Source: Branchiostoma lanceolatum (taxonomy: Eukaryota). From it: DNA of 64,000 nt. This document shows, one piece after another, positions 40,801 through 53,173 of the stretch. The stretch is taken from assembly GCF_035083965.1 (NCBI RefSeq), contig NC_089740.1, forward strand, positions 9,108,596 through 9,172,595, given 5' to 3'. Positions within the stretch are counted from its first letter, which is position 1. The number at the start of each line of letters is the position of its first letter. The notes under the pieces were generated by a model, which saw only the letters and a list, made by a program, of their open reading frames with translations, did no database searches and had not been told where the DNA came from. A program made the position numbers and the translations under genes.

Positions 40801-43800
40801 GGTAATAATAGATGGGGGTGAAAATATTGGTACAGAATTAGTTACAGTAATACTGTTTGTCAGTCAGACCTGTACTAGTGACCACCTTTGCTTTAGGACC
40901 ACCTATAGCCATAATGTGGCTACTTTTTGATGGTCCCAAAAATAATTTCTCCATTGACTCATTGACAAGCATAAAAAGCCCTACATGTAGTGGCCATGTC
41001 TGCTGTGACCATTTGTAAAGTCCCTTGAGTTGTCAGTCACTGTCGACAGGTTTGACTGTTGCAGTAACTGTTTTTCTATGCTATTTTTATTTAGCTCCAG
41101 ACTAAAACACAATATTTCTATTGGTTGCAAAATGAAGACTAGAACAACTGTGATTAAAAATACCGAACAATAGATTTTCATTTCAAGTTGAGGGGGAGGG
41201 AGGTCATGATCATACATATAGGACTGCATGTAACTGTGATTTCTGTTTCCAGGGCCATGCAGGAAGACCTGTGACTGCTGCATGCTTCCTGAAGGGCGTA
41301 ACATTTGCAACGGGATCTGATGACGGCTCAGTCAAAGTGTGGGCCATAACACAGCAGAAAGACAAAACCTTCATCAAGTAAGTATGGACCTGTGCTTTTT
41401 TTTTATACAGATATTTGACATAATATTGTGTTATGTACTCTGACATCTGAAGCTTAATAAAAGCTCTAGAGATGTTCTACTCAGGGCTATATCAGCTACT
41501 TACCTTTTTATACTTTTTTATCAAACATATCTAGTACAAAATGGAGGGGGAGACAAATCCAATGATGTGAATATAAGATGTGTGATGCGTTTACTAATGT
41601 TTTGTGTACATGTAGGATTAAAATAGGTAACCTACTAAGTCATGCTTTATATGTTGTGTGTCAGATAAACTATCTAGTACATTACGGTCGTGCTGGAAAA
41701 TTTCAAAAGTAAGTTTTCTATTGTTTGGAGCAGTGATTAGTATCATGTACTAATTCAGTACATGATTGTCTACATCTGTGTGAATGACCCAACTGTACTC
41801 AATTTCAGAGCTAAGCGGACCCTGTGCCCCCCTGAGCCTTCTCCCATCCTGAGCCTGGCCACTAACGGTCACCTGATCATAGCAGGGTGCTGGAGTGGAG
41901 TCTCCCACTCATGGGACTGTGGGGGGACCTACGAGTACCACAGCCTTGAAGCAGGTGAGACATTTATAACAAATAAGGTCATGTTTCTTTTATTTCTAGG
42001 GGTAGATTATTGGAGCATTTGAGAAATTTGGACTCACCGGAAATTTCGACCTAATCTCTCTTTGACCCAGTACTGACATCCCCTGTGTGTAAAAATCAAG
42101 TCTTTGAAGCGCTTGAGTCAGATAGCTGAAAAAGAGTAGAAGATTTGTTGAAGACTCCCCATAATGTTTTTATTAAGGAAGAAACTGACTGCGACTGTGT
42201 TGCATTTCCAGGTACTTGGATGGACTATGTGGATTGGGCGATTGGCTGTGGTTTCAGCCAATCGGATCCCAAGATGTTTGCAGCGACCAGTGTTGACGAG
42301 GTTGCTGTGGCGGGTCTGCAGACCCCCGCTGGTCCGGTAACCTCCACGTACACCGTCAATCATCGAGTCACAGGTATGTCTTTAAAACACACAGGATCAG
42401 CTACGTTGAAATGTCATTAACAAAGTTTTTATAATTTTCTTTGTACATAAAGTTGTTAACTGACTTAGCACAAAATGTTTGGAAACTCGAGTTCAGTTAT
42501 CATTATCATATCTCTGCTTAACAGTTTGGCTTTTAGTAGAATTAACAATTATTCCTGAACCCCCCAGATGACAATGGTTCGTCCCAGTCTGACCGACCCA
42601 AGATCAGCTGTTCCGTGGTGCTGAGCAACCTCCAGTCTCTGTCTGACATTGGTTGCCGTGGAAACAAGGGGGTCATCCTTGGTGACGAAGTCGGCAACCT
42701 GGCTGTGTACGAGATTGCCAGGCCCAAGCAGAAGGAGACGACCTTTGCTGCAAAGGTCAAAGCTCGGAATGTCACCCAGGTGTTCTGTAAGAAGGTGGGT
42801 TATGATCAAGGTCATGAAGAAATTTCGCTCAAATCACAATGTTGTCATTGGCATCTTATGTTTTTTTTTGTCATTCAGTTTGCAATTGGTGACATTGTTT
42901 TTTTTTGTAATCTTCCAGATGCATGCTGGGAAGATAACCCAGGTGCTGCTGGGAGATGATGTCATCTTCACTGCATCACATGACCAGACTCTCAAGGTGT
43001 GGAGAACGAGAGATCTGAAACAGGTAAGGAACCAGAATGATACTTTTGGTGTTCTGTAATGAATCTAGGTTTGGACACATCACAATTCCTTTCATTTGTA
43101 GATGTTAGAAGGCCTAGCCAAGGGTTGTATTGTTACATAAAATTGTTACATACCTCTGGTTATATAGGCGCCTGTTTGATGCCTTTGTAATAAACACGCA
43201 TATCAGCACCAAGGACAGGGACACTGCTCATACATGTGGTACTGCTCTGTTAAAGCCAGCATCACTCAGAAGGAAAATAACTTGCCCAATTAGTCTGTTA
43301 GCATTGAAGGATTAATTTCGGATGGAGTATGGCTGCTGTCCCCTAGGTAACTGTGCAATCTTTCAGGATTGGTCAATATTTGCTGGTCAATTACCCTTTT
43401 CCAATGATTTTCAGGTGAAAATAGGCACAGTTCTTTGGCAATTTTGAAATTTGACCAAAGGAAAGCACCAAGGACAGGGTATCCTGTTGTACAACTCAGT
43501 TTAGTACAGGAAATTTCCACCATGAAAAGGCATATCCAGGTTACCATTGGTGTCACTGACGAATTAGCTGCATATCAGAGATGTAGTATTTCTACTTTGC
43601 ATTGAAGCTTCAAACTGAACAAAGCACCAGGGTAACAAACTTTATAACAACCTAGTACATGACATGTATAGCAGTGTTGCGCAGCTTCTACTTGGTCAGT
43701 GATGTTGACTCTGTTTCTTCTTTTGAAGGTCGGCCAATTCCACTGCCAGTCACCCATCACCTCCCTGTCACGCCCACCTATCCCAGGATGCAACAGGCTG

Positions 43801-43851
43801 GCGTGTGGAGACCAGCTGGGGAAGGTCTACTTCCTGGAATGGCGACCTTGA
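19866..43851 (+). CDS. TEP1: Telomerase-associated / vault protein 1 (TEP1) ortholog, near-complete, about 38 coding exons. Approximate exons: 19866-20801; 21207-21341; 21888-22049; 22573-22707; 23155-23330; 23714-23871; 24482-24682; 25345-25495; 25800-25980; 26310-26462; 26595-26666; 27043-27254; 27768-27904; 28400-28544; 28697-28902; 29478-29802; 30195-30335; 30603-30808; 31202-31340; about 31804-32016; about 32529-32622; about 32852-33102; about 33450-33601; about 34058-34229; 34565-35525; about 35765-35874; about 36669-36831; about 37224-37450; about 37958-38102; about 38526-38688; about 38950-39101; about 39550-39750; about 39987-40146; about 40647-40779; about 41252-41379; about 41809-41954; about 42211-42373; about 42567-42803; about 42919-43023; 43729-43851 (TGA).
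   Basis: Domain order is diagnostic of TEP1. Exon 1 carries N-terminal NPLL repeats. TROVE exons read '[36 protein letters not shown]', '[40 protein letters not shown]', '[57 protein letters not shown]' and '...[53 protein letters not shown]'. The vWA-like exon reads '[30 protein letters not shown]...'. The pre-NACHT exons read '[37 protein letters not shown]|[28 protein letters not shown]...'. The NACHT Walker A exon reads '[25 protein letters not shown]' and Walker B '[13 protein letters not shown]'. About 20 WD40 repeats follow, ending '[40 protein letters not shown]'. Every junction was checked for GT-AG and phase continuity. Many fragments align with remembered human TEP1 segments. Confidence 0.9.
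21705..21790. repeat. Second copy of the 10240-10335 repeat family, inside a TEP1 intron.
   Basis: Alignment to 10240-10335. Confidence 0.45.
23838..24165 (+). repeat. TEP1: Tandem triplication of a unit of about 105 bp. Each unit carries the 3' end of the TEP1 exon ('gaggtctgggaggagctSattggt') plus its splice donor and intron start ('cagtaKtttRtg...ttggttgttccttagcaacMaRWRKtttgaatct').
   Basis: Copy 1 (23838-23940) is the genuine exon end. Copies 2 (about 23941-24045) and 3 (about 24055-24165) are intronic and keep 'gaggtctgggaggagctgattggtcagta' with an intact GT donor. Confidence 0.75.
25345..25495 (+). CDS. TEP1: TEP1 exon encoding an RGG/RG box ('[50 protein letters not shown]') between the TROVE and vWA modules. 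The boundaries are the least certain in the gene: an alternative acceptor at about 25304 also stays in frame, and the donor is the weak 'AT|GTCAGT'.
   Basis: In-frame joining to the flanking exons (phase 1 in, phase 2 out, recreating an ATG codon with the next exon). Arg-Gly repeats are read directly from the sequence. Confidence 0.5.
29955..30070. mobile_element. Short MITE of the CTGTAAATGCAT-TIR family ('ctgtaaatgcatagatgtttgcggtggtttt...aaaaaccacacaaacttaaatgcatttacag'), in a TEP1 intron.
   Basis: The TIRs are reverse complements of each other. Same termini as 17665-17935. Confidence 0.6.
32095..32235 (+). mobile_element. tRNA-derived SINE carrying the deuterostome-type core 'ctgggttcaaat.c...cttgggaaaggcacttaacac', in a TEP1 intron.
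   Basis: Box-B-like 'gggttcaaatacc' and the 'ggcacttaac' core. Homologous to the copy at 53500-53640. Confidence 0.6.
35995..36445. mobile_element. Foldback/MITE with about 75-bp terminal inverted repeats ('gggtacgccaaaaataattactcaagcaactggataagattttgaaacagtcagacgtttcag' ... reverse complement at about 36365-36440) and flanking direct 'tatatgattgggta' at both ends, in a TEP1 intron.
   Basis: Both arms read directly from the sequence. The flanking 14-bp direct repeat could be a target-site duplication or part of the element. The interior is non-coding. Confidence 0.65.
38895..38935. repeat. (CAAA)n microsatellite.
   Basis: Visible as 'caaacaaacaaacgaacaaacaaac'. Confidence 0.8.
39793..39872. 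repeat. Perfect 18-20-bp inverted repeat ('aagcttaactagataagacc' ... 'gaggtcttatctagttaagctt'... approximately) with a loop of about 40 bp, about 45 bp downstream of a TEP1 exon donor.
   Basis: Arms are reverse complements. This is a small hairpin, either a micro-MITE or a structured intronic RNA. Confidence 0.55.
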
Positions 43852-46168
43852 GTCATTGACCTCTGACTCAGAATACTGTAACGTTTTTTTTTGTAAACTG
43901 TAATCAACAACATCTAGAAATTATTAAATGTCATTTCGTATTTGGATAAACAAAAGCACAGCAAATTTTGAACCTCTGTCAAGTATCTGAACTGTAGTAC
44001 AAAGTAAACTGAACTGTCAAAAATAGCAATGAGTATTATACATTACTACATTACATACCAGAAAATATGTTGCCATGTGAAATTCAACTTTACACCTATA
44101 GTTAAAAAATTGAAATGTAGGCCATTGAAAATGCTAGCCTTGAAATTTTCCAAAAAATTCAAAGTGACTATTAGTAAGTTTAGGGTTGCAATTCTAGAGG
44201 AAAGAAATTTTAGAAATACCCACTAGTCTCATACATGTAGTTTTACAAAATGTATACAAAGCTGCATTTTGGAAAAATTATTTCATTTGATTTGTTTGTG
44301 TTCTTAAGTTCTGATCTCTTACACTGTACATGTAGATCTCTCTGGACTTAAACAGTTGATACTTTTTTGGGAAAAGATCTCATTGGAAAGACCTATTCCT
44401 AAAAGTAAGGATTCAAAGACAAAGTATTATGACCTCAATGTCTCCCCTTTGCGTTATGCCCCTCAAGGGATTTTGCTAAGAACTACTTAGATGTAGAGAA
44501 GTGTTGATTGAAGTGTTGTGTTGACATCCCCTTGCCCAAGACATCTGCTATATCATTCCGGTCTTTTGGCCTCTTGCTTTTTATCTAAGAAAAGACCAAG
44601 CTATGAAAGTGTTCGTGTGCCCTCAACAAGCTAACAGGTTTTGTGATTTGAATTTTCAAATAAGACGATAGCTCAAGACTGTACAAGGTTATCACATGAC
44701 CATTTATGACTTGATTACTACCTTCACCTGTTTAATTGCACTAGTAGTGTATTACGTAGTATATTGTACTACTAAGCTACCGGTAGTATCGTATTACATG
44801 CTGTCTTGTGCAATATCTCAGTGCAAGGAGGTTATATAACCTCCTTGCTCAGTGTGACCCCAGTAGGGGTGCAATCTGCCCTAGACTGGCAGCTTTGCCC
44901 TTACTGTAGAGGTCAACTGTAAGTGTAAACCTTGTAGATAATTTTTCTACCATTGTAAAGATGTAAACATATTCCAAACAATGCTCCTCATGAAAATAAA
45001 TCTTTATTTTGCACCTTGATTCTCTGTTTGTAGTCTCATACTTACTTTCATTGACAAGTAGGTCTCAACATGTCTTTCTAGGCTTTTCAGTAATGTAACA
45101 GTACATTGTCTATGACAATGTTGACTTAGGGTAATGTAGAGAATACTATAATTAGACAACTAGGTTTAATCATTACTAACTTTGTATGGAAGCTTTAAAC
45201 AGAACAAACCAAGCATTTGTAACAAACTTTATAATAACTTGTGTATAACTGTTACATACTTAGATTCTAATCAAAGTGATCATATGGCAAAACTATTGTA
45301 ACAGTTACAACTTGCCTGCTGTCCTAACTTGTGCCCTATCCTACAATTTACCAAGTCTTAAACAAACTGGAACCAGAAACTACTATGAATTTTCCTATTA
45401 TAGTGTTCTCATCCTCCAATTTGGGTGTAATCGTCGACCTGACCAAGGGAGTTGAGACCAGAAACTACAGAATGATTATTACACATCGAGTGAACCTTGA
45501 AGCAGCATGTAACCATGAAACTATCACAGATGATTGTGGAGTTGCTGGAAAAGCAGTACTGCATCAATATACGAAGGCTTGTCTGAAAAGACTGAAAAGA
45601 ATCATGACATTTTTGTATTAGACTACACAACTGAAAGTACAATTTAAAGCTTTTACATTCAATTTCCAATAAAATCAATGACACTTAATATGATGAAGAA
45701 TGTTACAGTGAAACTATATCCTTGTACTATTACGGTTGTATGTCCTGGATTAAAAACATCACATTAGGCACATTGAGGTTGCTATTATACTACAAGAAAA
45801 AAAAAAGACTGACTCTGACTATCGTAGTTACACTCGTTTGCTATCACCAAAAGGACCGCCGTCTCAGAAACCAGTTGCTGTGTAAGCTTCAAATACACAA
45901 GAATGCACACACATAGCTTCATACGTTTTCACAGAGTCATGATGCAACCTGTCAATCTCTCTTTGTGTTGATTTTCTATGGTTTTCCAATGCACCGAGAT
46001 CAATACAGTATCTGAGTCTATAGAATACAACACATTCAGAAACTCCTTCCATTGTTGCTAAATGAAAGATCCTCATCCCACCTGGTGTGTGGTACATAAC
46101 AAACCATAACTCTACATCAGAATGTGAGTACAGATACAGACATACAAACAGATAGTCGGCACATTTCC

Positions 46169-49100
46169 CTACTTGTACCCCTCTTGGTAAAGGGCCTGTA
46201 GAGCGTCCTGGGCAGCCTTTCTCCGAGCTGCTTTCTTTGAGCTGGCCTGGGCCTGGAATGTCCTGTCACCGACTACAGCTGCTAGCTGAACCCTGGGGCA
46301 GTAAGGCAGGCAGAGGGAGACTGTTAGAGGGTCAGGCCTTACTAGGACATGAAAGAAAGAGAAGGATGAGGGAGGGAGAGATAGGGTAGATAGATGGAGG
46401 GAGGCAGTCTTGGTTGAAAAGAGGGAGGGATAAGATTTAGGGGTTAGGGGCAAAGGAGAAGAAGGTAAAGGAAAGGCAAAAAATAAGAGGAAAGAAGGTA
46501 GTGTTGTGGGAAGGAGAGACTTGTGTTAAGAGAAGGTCCAAAACAAATCTTAAGAGAGGAAGGAGAGGTAGGATTCGAGACTGAAAAGGAAGGAAGGTAA
46601 AAAGACAATGAAAAATAAAATGTCTCCAGACAAAACATGAAAGTTTGTTTTACAACATAAGGTTTAGATGTTTGTCTGCTGTGACAATATTATTATACTG
46701 TGGAAAGGCCTTACCTTGGCCTGTGTGCAGGTCCAGTGACTGAGATGTCCTGGAAACAGATCCTGAGGCGGTTCCTCTGACATAGCTCATTCAGCTGGAC
46801 TATGGGATGGCCCTGCTGTAGCAGTGTACTACTGGGGTGGGCTGTAGGGGGAAACAAAGATAGAATGTATTATTCTGATATCTGCTTAGATATATATTCC
46901 AATTGACGTAGCATGGACTCTTAGAATTCTGATCAAATTCTTTCTTGCTCTTTTCATAGCACTGTATATACCACAATACTTAAAGCGTTAGGTGCAATTC
47001 ATCAAGATATTTAATTGTGGTCACAAAAGGGTTTGACTTCATTTGATATAGAAACAAATCTTGCCTTGAAGTACATGTATGGGGAAAAGAGCATGATATA
47101 CGGAGATAAAAACATGGCTGCAGAGAGATACAGATATAAATGTATAAAACTAACAAACAAAAAAACAAACCAGACTCACCTGACGTTGCCACTTGTCTGC
47201 TTCCCTGTGGGGTAACCCTGGCAACTGACCCCTGATGTCTGATGACCTGGCTAACCTTTGACCCATCACGACATCCTGCCTCATCCACAGTGGCCTCCTC
47301 ATGACCACAAGATCCTTGAGCCTCCTTCTCTTCCTCCATCTGTGGTTTTCTCATGTCTGAAGTGTACAAAGCTTTTGGCTGAGTCCAAGCCTCATTCATG
47401 TCAGCTTCCTCTTGACCACAAGATCCTTGAAACTCTGCTGACTCTTCTTGCTTCTGTGGTTCTCTCTTGTCTGATGTGTATAAAGCTTTTGGCTGAGTCC
47501 AAGAACTCTGTTCAACTGGACCAGTAAGACTGGACACAGCTTGACCAGCCCTTCCTTCAAGACTGACAACTGCATCTTCTTCATCAGATGACACTTGAAC
47601 AGGTGAGTTGTGAACATATTGTCTCAAGTCTATACATTTATATGCTTGTACTTGTGAAGTGTGCACAAGTCTTTGGCTGTTTTGTGTTTCAAATGAGTAG
47701 AAAGTTTCAGGTTCCTCTTTTAGGACATTCAAAGACATTTCATCTGTGAGGTTTGTACTGTCACCAGGCAACACCTCCATGACATTGATTCTGCTCCTGC
47801 TGCAGTACTTCATCTGATTACTAGATGTCCCTTCTTCACTATCATTGATCTCTGCCTTGATGGTGCCGCAGGTAAGGAGTCTGGAGTAGCTGTCATCCAA
47901 GACTTTGGTCTCTTCTACAGGCTTATCCTTCATATCAAAACTTGTTGTATCCTTTGATTCCACTTTAGCTACATCCTTTGGTGCCACTTTGGTTGTATCC
48001 TTTGATTCTTCTTTGACTTTCCAATAGTCTATCAAGAAACTCTTAGGTGATCTTGGTCTCTGCCACCTCGCACTTTCATTTTGTTTGCTCTTCTCAGAGA
48101 TACGCAGACCCTCTGGGTTCATAGGGGCTTGTTTTACATCTTGGTAGAACACGTGCTGATCAGCACCAAGGACAGGGGCACTGTCTGTACAGCTCTGTGG
48201 TGCCTGGGATATGTCTAGCCTGATGTTTTGAGTTTTCCTTTCCATTGTCAAAGAATGTACCACACCTTTGGCACCACTAGCACTGATCCTCTCTGAACCT
48301 CTAAGCGAGACATCATCATTAACTTTGTACAATCTTGCACTTTCCACTGCACTCTTGGTCTCTGCTGATTGGTAGAGGTCCTCTGACTTTTTTGGTCCCC
48401 CCAACTTTCTCCTATGTTCAGCCTGTGCATTTTTCTCAACTGGACACACATTCCATGTTGGATCAGTTCTTGAACAGCCCCTTGGATGGCAAACTAACAG
48501 TTCAGCACCAGGGACAGTACCCATATGGTGTGCTCTGTCGTTGATATTTGTTACTCTATGTTGTCCTGAAGGGATACAGGAACCCATTCCAGCCTTTGTC
48601 ACCACTTTCACTGGTTCAAAACTGCAGAGGTTTGATTTTATGCTGCTCCTTGTCTGTTCCTGGCTTGTGGCATTTCTCAAACTCTGACAAGTACTTTTAC
48701 CCGCTTGCTGCAGCATACTATCACTGATCATATGCTGTGATGCTCCATACTGAACACCAGTCTGTCCCACAACCTTACTATTGTCCTCAGTCCTGTTGAC
48801 ATCTCTAGTGTTGGGAGTCATCTTTCTACCACCAGCCACATTCAGAGGGCTCACTGCTGACTTGATTGCCTGTGCTAGCAGCCTACCTAAATTGTCTCTC
48901 TTCCTGTGCATACTCAAACCAACAGACTGGCTGTCATGATGAAGATGCCAGTTTTCCTCAGTATCTGTAGTTTTGGAGTGTTCATTTTCATGAGGTACAT
49001 CTGTAGCTGTGACGTTACTCTGATTTCCAGCACATCTTTGTCCATGTCCCAATTTTCCACTTGTTGCCTTTTCTTTATCATCTTTCTGATAAATGTTCCA

Positions 49101-52100
49101 TGCTGTATCAGTTCTGGTACAACCATGTGGGTGAGTGGCTATCTGTTCAGCACTAGGGACAGCACCCATACAGTGTGAAGATGCCATCTTGCAGTTTGTA
49201 GCAGTAATGCAGCCATGTCTTCCTCCATACTGTTGTTGCTGTGTAAGTGCAGGTTGCCTTGGAGCAACATTAGTAGCAGTTCTCCTATCACATTTTCCCT
49301 GCACTTCAAAAGAGTTGGCACTGCATTCTCTTTGTCCAAACACATTTTCCACTCTCGGTCCAACATGGGTAGAGAGTGAGGATCCTAGTTTGGTTCTTTG
49401 ATTTGTTCTGTCTTTGTTTTGACCTTCAGCATTGAACAAGATGTCTGACCCATGACCTGCTTGCCCTATGACCTCACCCCTGGTTACTCTGCTGCTGTCC
49501 TGTAGTTCTGCATACACTCCTCTGCCAATGGCTCTTCTTGGATCTGTCCCAATGTCTTGGAAAGATGAGAAGCTCTCCTTAGCACTGCCATCCAAGAAAC
49601 TTTGTCCTGAGACATATTCCTGTCCACCTCTGCTTGCTGCAGTCTTTACTTCATCACTCCATTGCTGGTCAAACCTAATTCTGAACTGCTGCTGTATTCT
49701 ATCTGAACCAGCATATGACAGAGAACTCTGACTACTAGTGAAGTTTTCTGAAGAATTTTTCTCAACAAGTCCTGACCTAAAAACCCCGTGTACATCCTCT
49801 TTGTACACTGACTGATTAGGTATCAATGAGCTACTGGTTCTTCTTTGCTGATGCTGCATACTTGCCTCTGAAGAAAGCTGGGGGTTTAAGTTTCTCCTTG
49901 CAGTCCTTAAAGCAGGACATTCTGTGCCATAACTCCTCATTGTCTCTTCTTGACAAGCTAGTATAGGTGGGCTATCATGACTTTCAAATGTTTCAACCAG
50001 GAACTGCTTTCTGGATGGTCCTGTTGGTGCTGGAACATGTGGATGAAGTTTAGGAGGAAGGGAAGAAGGTGTCTTGATGAAGAGAGGAGACTGCTGATTG
50101 GCTCTTTCACTGTCACACAAACCACAAGAATGCAGCCTGCTCTTGAGACGTGGTGACTTGTCAACTGAAAGGTCTACCATGACATCTATGTCAGCCAAGG
50201 GTTCCTGCAAAACACCATTGTCTGTTGGCGTTACAAAAGATCTCTCTGCTCTGTCCTGTACTTTGTGGTCGTCTCTGGTTGTCTTAGAAGCGTTGGGAAG
50301 TTTTGATCTTTTGTTAGGTTCCTCAGAGGTGCTTGCAAAGTAGCTGACTGAGTGCTTGAGGATGTGTGGTGGTGTCTTGGCAGAACTGAAGGCTCTCTGT
50401 GTCTTACTCTTAGAGTCTTGTTTGGTCTTGACAGTGCTGTCTTTCTTGGAATCAAATCTTTCAACTTCAGATTCAGAAGGTGAAACACTCAAAGACATCT
50501 CTTTGCCTTGACAGAAGTGTCCAGGCTTTTTACTAACAGTCAGCTTACTTTTTCCAAGGTTTCTGCTAGAGAGTTGGTTCTTCTTTGGTATTCTGAAGTT
50601 TGAAAGTCCTTTCTTCACTTGACTACAAGTACTGCTTACTGCATTCTGGTTCCTCATTTGGTTTTGCACTGAGCCTTCAAAGGATTTGTTTTTTGCTGCA
50701 ATGATGTTTGAGTTGAAGCAGTCTTCTGTAGACATCCCAACAGACATGTCTGGCTTGTTCTGCTTGTGTGAAAGGACCAGCTTTTTTACTGGTGTCCTCC
50801 GAACATACCTGCCACACAGGCTGAGAGACCTCCTCAATGTAGTGGTAACCTGTGAGTTCTGGTTGCCTGTAGCACTCTGCTTTTTGCTTTGCAAAGATGC
50901 TGGAGATGACTTGTTTCCATTTGTGCAGAAGCCTTCTTCTTCAAGATAGTCACTGTCTTGGCCTTCAGAAACAGAGCGGACATCTACATCTTCTTCTGCT
51001 GTGCTAAGACACCTCCCAAACTTTGTTGACTCTTGAGAAGACGTGGATGCTATGTCTTCCTCTTCCTCACAGGATGATATTGGCAATGCAGGTCTCTTAC
51101 CATCCTGATCACATCCTGACCAAGCTGAGACGATGTGGCCTGATCTGGAACTTTCTCCCTCAGTCGCCATATCTACATGGAGATTCCTAGAGGTCTGAGT
51201 AGATGAGGCTGTACTGGTGTGGAGATTCCTGGAAGCCTTGGTAGATGCCACTTGCTGCTTTGTGACTGTCACAGATGGAGCAGTAGTTTTCAGTTGTACC
51301 TGCCCCTTCCTAGCAACTCTGCCCTGTCCTCCACCTAACATCATCCACCGTGTGGGTTTGTCGCAAACCTTCCTTACCTGGCCAGTCCGCTGCATGTGGA
51401 GTAAAAGCCTGTGGGTCTCCTTGGGCTTCGAACCCAGGGCCTTTGCTACGTCGTCTCCTGTCATCACCAACATGCCCTGTGCTTCCTGTATAAAGTTTAT
51501 CAGCTTGGTTTCCATGTTTCCAGCTGGTTTGTTAAGTGAGGGGGCAAGTGTAGCAGGCATGATCCGTGTTTTGTTCTGTAGAGAATCTGTACCACTTGTA
51601 CTACTCTTACCTTCCTTAACTGTGGTTTGGGACATTGTTTTCTTCACTTTCAGTCCTAATTTGTTTGGATTCTTTTTCACTGCAGTTGCCAATGCTCTCT
51701 GGGAAGACACTGTGGTAGGCATGAGCCGTGTCTTGTTTGGTACTTGGTATGAAAGCTCAAAATCTGTGTCCTTTCTACTACTGCAGTCTTCTCTATCTGT
51801 GAATTGTGAAGTTGTTTTCTTCACTTTCCCTTTCAATCCTTTGTCTGCATTCTTTGAATCAGCCCTTACCTTCCTTTTCACTTCAGTTCCAACAAGTTTC
51901 TGTGATGACGACTCATCATCTGTGCTACTTCTGTATCTGCAGCCTTGAACTGTGGTTTGTGATGATGTTTTCTTCACTTTCTTCTTCAGGCCTTTGCCTG
52001 CATTCTTTGGCTCCATACATTCTTTCCTTTTCACTGCAGTTGCAGTATTTCTCTGGCAAGACCCTGATGTTGAGGATGATTTCCTAGTTGTGGTCCGATC

Positions 52101-52737
52101 CAGCCTGGACAGAAGTGTTGTTGATGGTTTGATCTTGCTACCTGGTGGTCGTCCTAACTTTCTCTTAGTGGGAGCTTCTTCAGGATTCCTCTGGGCTGAG
52201 ACGTTGTCCTGGGATGATGTTGTCTGTTTTGTTGTCACAGATGGAGGTTTTGAGGAAATACTGTTGGATGGTGGTACCCTAACACCGTGTGCTGAAAAAA
52301 AAGGGAATGAACATTGAAATATCATACGTTGTTGAAGAGCAATGCTAAACACAGTTTTTATGCAATACAGGAACCACTATTAACAGTAAGTCTTACAACA
52401 TCATTTGCTATACAATACAATAATATAATAGAATTATGAAACACATAATGGCTCTTGCAATTGCCTTCTAATGATTTTGCAGTAAGAGGTCACTGCAAAA
52501 ACACAATAAATAAAACAGCAGCAAACATTTTAAGGACCTAGAAACATTATGTTTAAAGAAAGAACATTCATAGAGTTGATACATACCTTCTACTGATGAG
52601 CTTTCCTGGTGAACTGCTTCTTCATCTCTCTCCTCATTCTCTTCTTCCCTCCAATCTTGGACAAGAGGTGACCCCATGGCACAATGTCCACTGTCCTGGA
52701 AAGGAGAAGCGGGGATATGTTTTATTCCATCATTCAT
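46169..52737 (-). CDS. Large gene for a nucleic-acid-binding protein of about 1.9k aa with a Zalpha-like winged helix, AT-hooks, long S/T/K-rich disordered regions with internal repeats, and a C-terminal dsRBD. Minus-strand exons: 52587-52737 (ATG, 'MNDGIKHIPASPFQDSGHCAMGSPLVQDWREEENEERDEEAVHQESSSVE'), 47180-52291 (a 5.1-kb exon), 46715-46841 and 46169-46292 (TAG).
   Basis: Junctions are donor 'GAAG|gtatgt' to acceptor 'tttttttcag|CACACGG', 'cgtcag|gtgagt' to 'cccctacag|CCCACCCC', and 'CCAAG|gtaagg' to 'ccccag|GGTTCAG', all phase-consistent. The last two exons encode a canonical dsRBM, 'HPIVQLNELCQRNRLRICFQDISVTGPAHRPRVQLAAVVGDRTFQAQASSKKAARRKAAQDALQALYQEGYK*'. The big exon carries the AT-hook 'KRKLGRPPGSK', K-rich triple repeats ('KNAGKGLKKKVKKTSSQTT' three times), a Zalpha-like winged helix 'LINFIQEAQGMLVMTGDDVAKALGSKPKETHRLLLHMQRTGQVRKVCDKPTRWMM' (K.E..R.L......G.V.K.....P..W spacing as in ADAR1/ZBP1 Zalpha, but N->H and Y->L at the Z-DNA contact positions), a duplicated 'HMGxVPxAE..HPxGCxRTDxxWN' motif and C-terminal tandem 'WTQPKALYTSD' repeats. 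Confidence 0.7.
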
Positions 52738-53016
52738 GTATAGAATGCTTACTGAAAACTTATAACATCATTAAGTCATTCTGCAGTTTTAGTTCTGTGC
52801 TGTGTATATGTCATGGTAGATTTTGTAATCAGCCAGAATTGACAACATTTGTCTTGCAGAGATCCCAATCGGAGTCTGTATATTTTTCTGTGCATGTGGA
52901 TATTTACTAAAAAGATTTTTTCAACTTTTATTTCTTTCGCTTCAGATTAATGGTGGACTTGAAACTCAGGATTTATGAATAGGAGACCAAGCTGACAAAT
53001 TCCTAAAATCCTGATT

Positions 53017-53165
53017 GCAGTCTCTCACTCACTCACTCACTCACTCACTCACTCACTCACTCACTCTCACTCACTCACTCACTAGCTCACTCTCACTCAC
53101 TCACTCACTCACTCACTCACTCACTCACTCACTCACTCACTCACTCACTCACTCACTCACTCTCT
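53017..53165. repeat. (TCAC)n microsatellite, about 35 units with a few interruptions.
   Basis: Long run of 'cactcactcactcactcactcac...'. It lies immediately 3' of the stop of the small winged-helix gene on the minus strand. Confidence 0.95.
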
Positions 53166-53173
53166 CCCGTAGC

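Noticed and set aside
45331-46097. ORFs 45331-45621(+) and 45864-46097(-) as genes between TEP1 and the dsRBD gene.
   Set aside because: No recognisable domains, no splice sites and no start context. This is most likely 3'UTR or intergenic sequence.
47015-52317. Plus-strand ORFs (for example 51217-51948 at 243 aa, and 51952-52317) overlapping the 5.1-kb minus-strand exon.
   Set aside because: They are antisense shadows of a low-complexity coding exon, with no domains and no splice logic.
53017-53165. A CRISPR-like array.
   Set aside because: It is a pure 4-bp (TCAC)n microsatellite with no spacers, and this is a eukaryotic genome.
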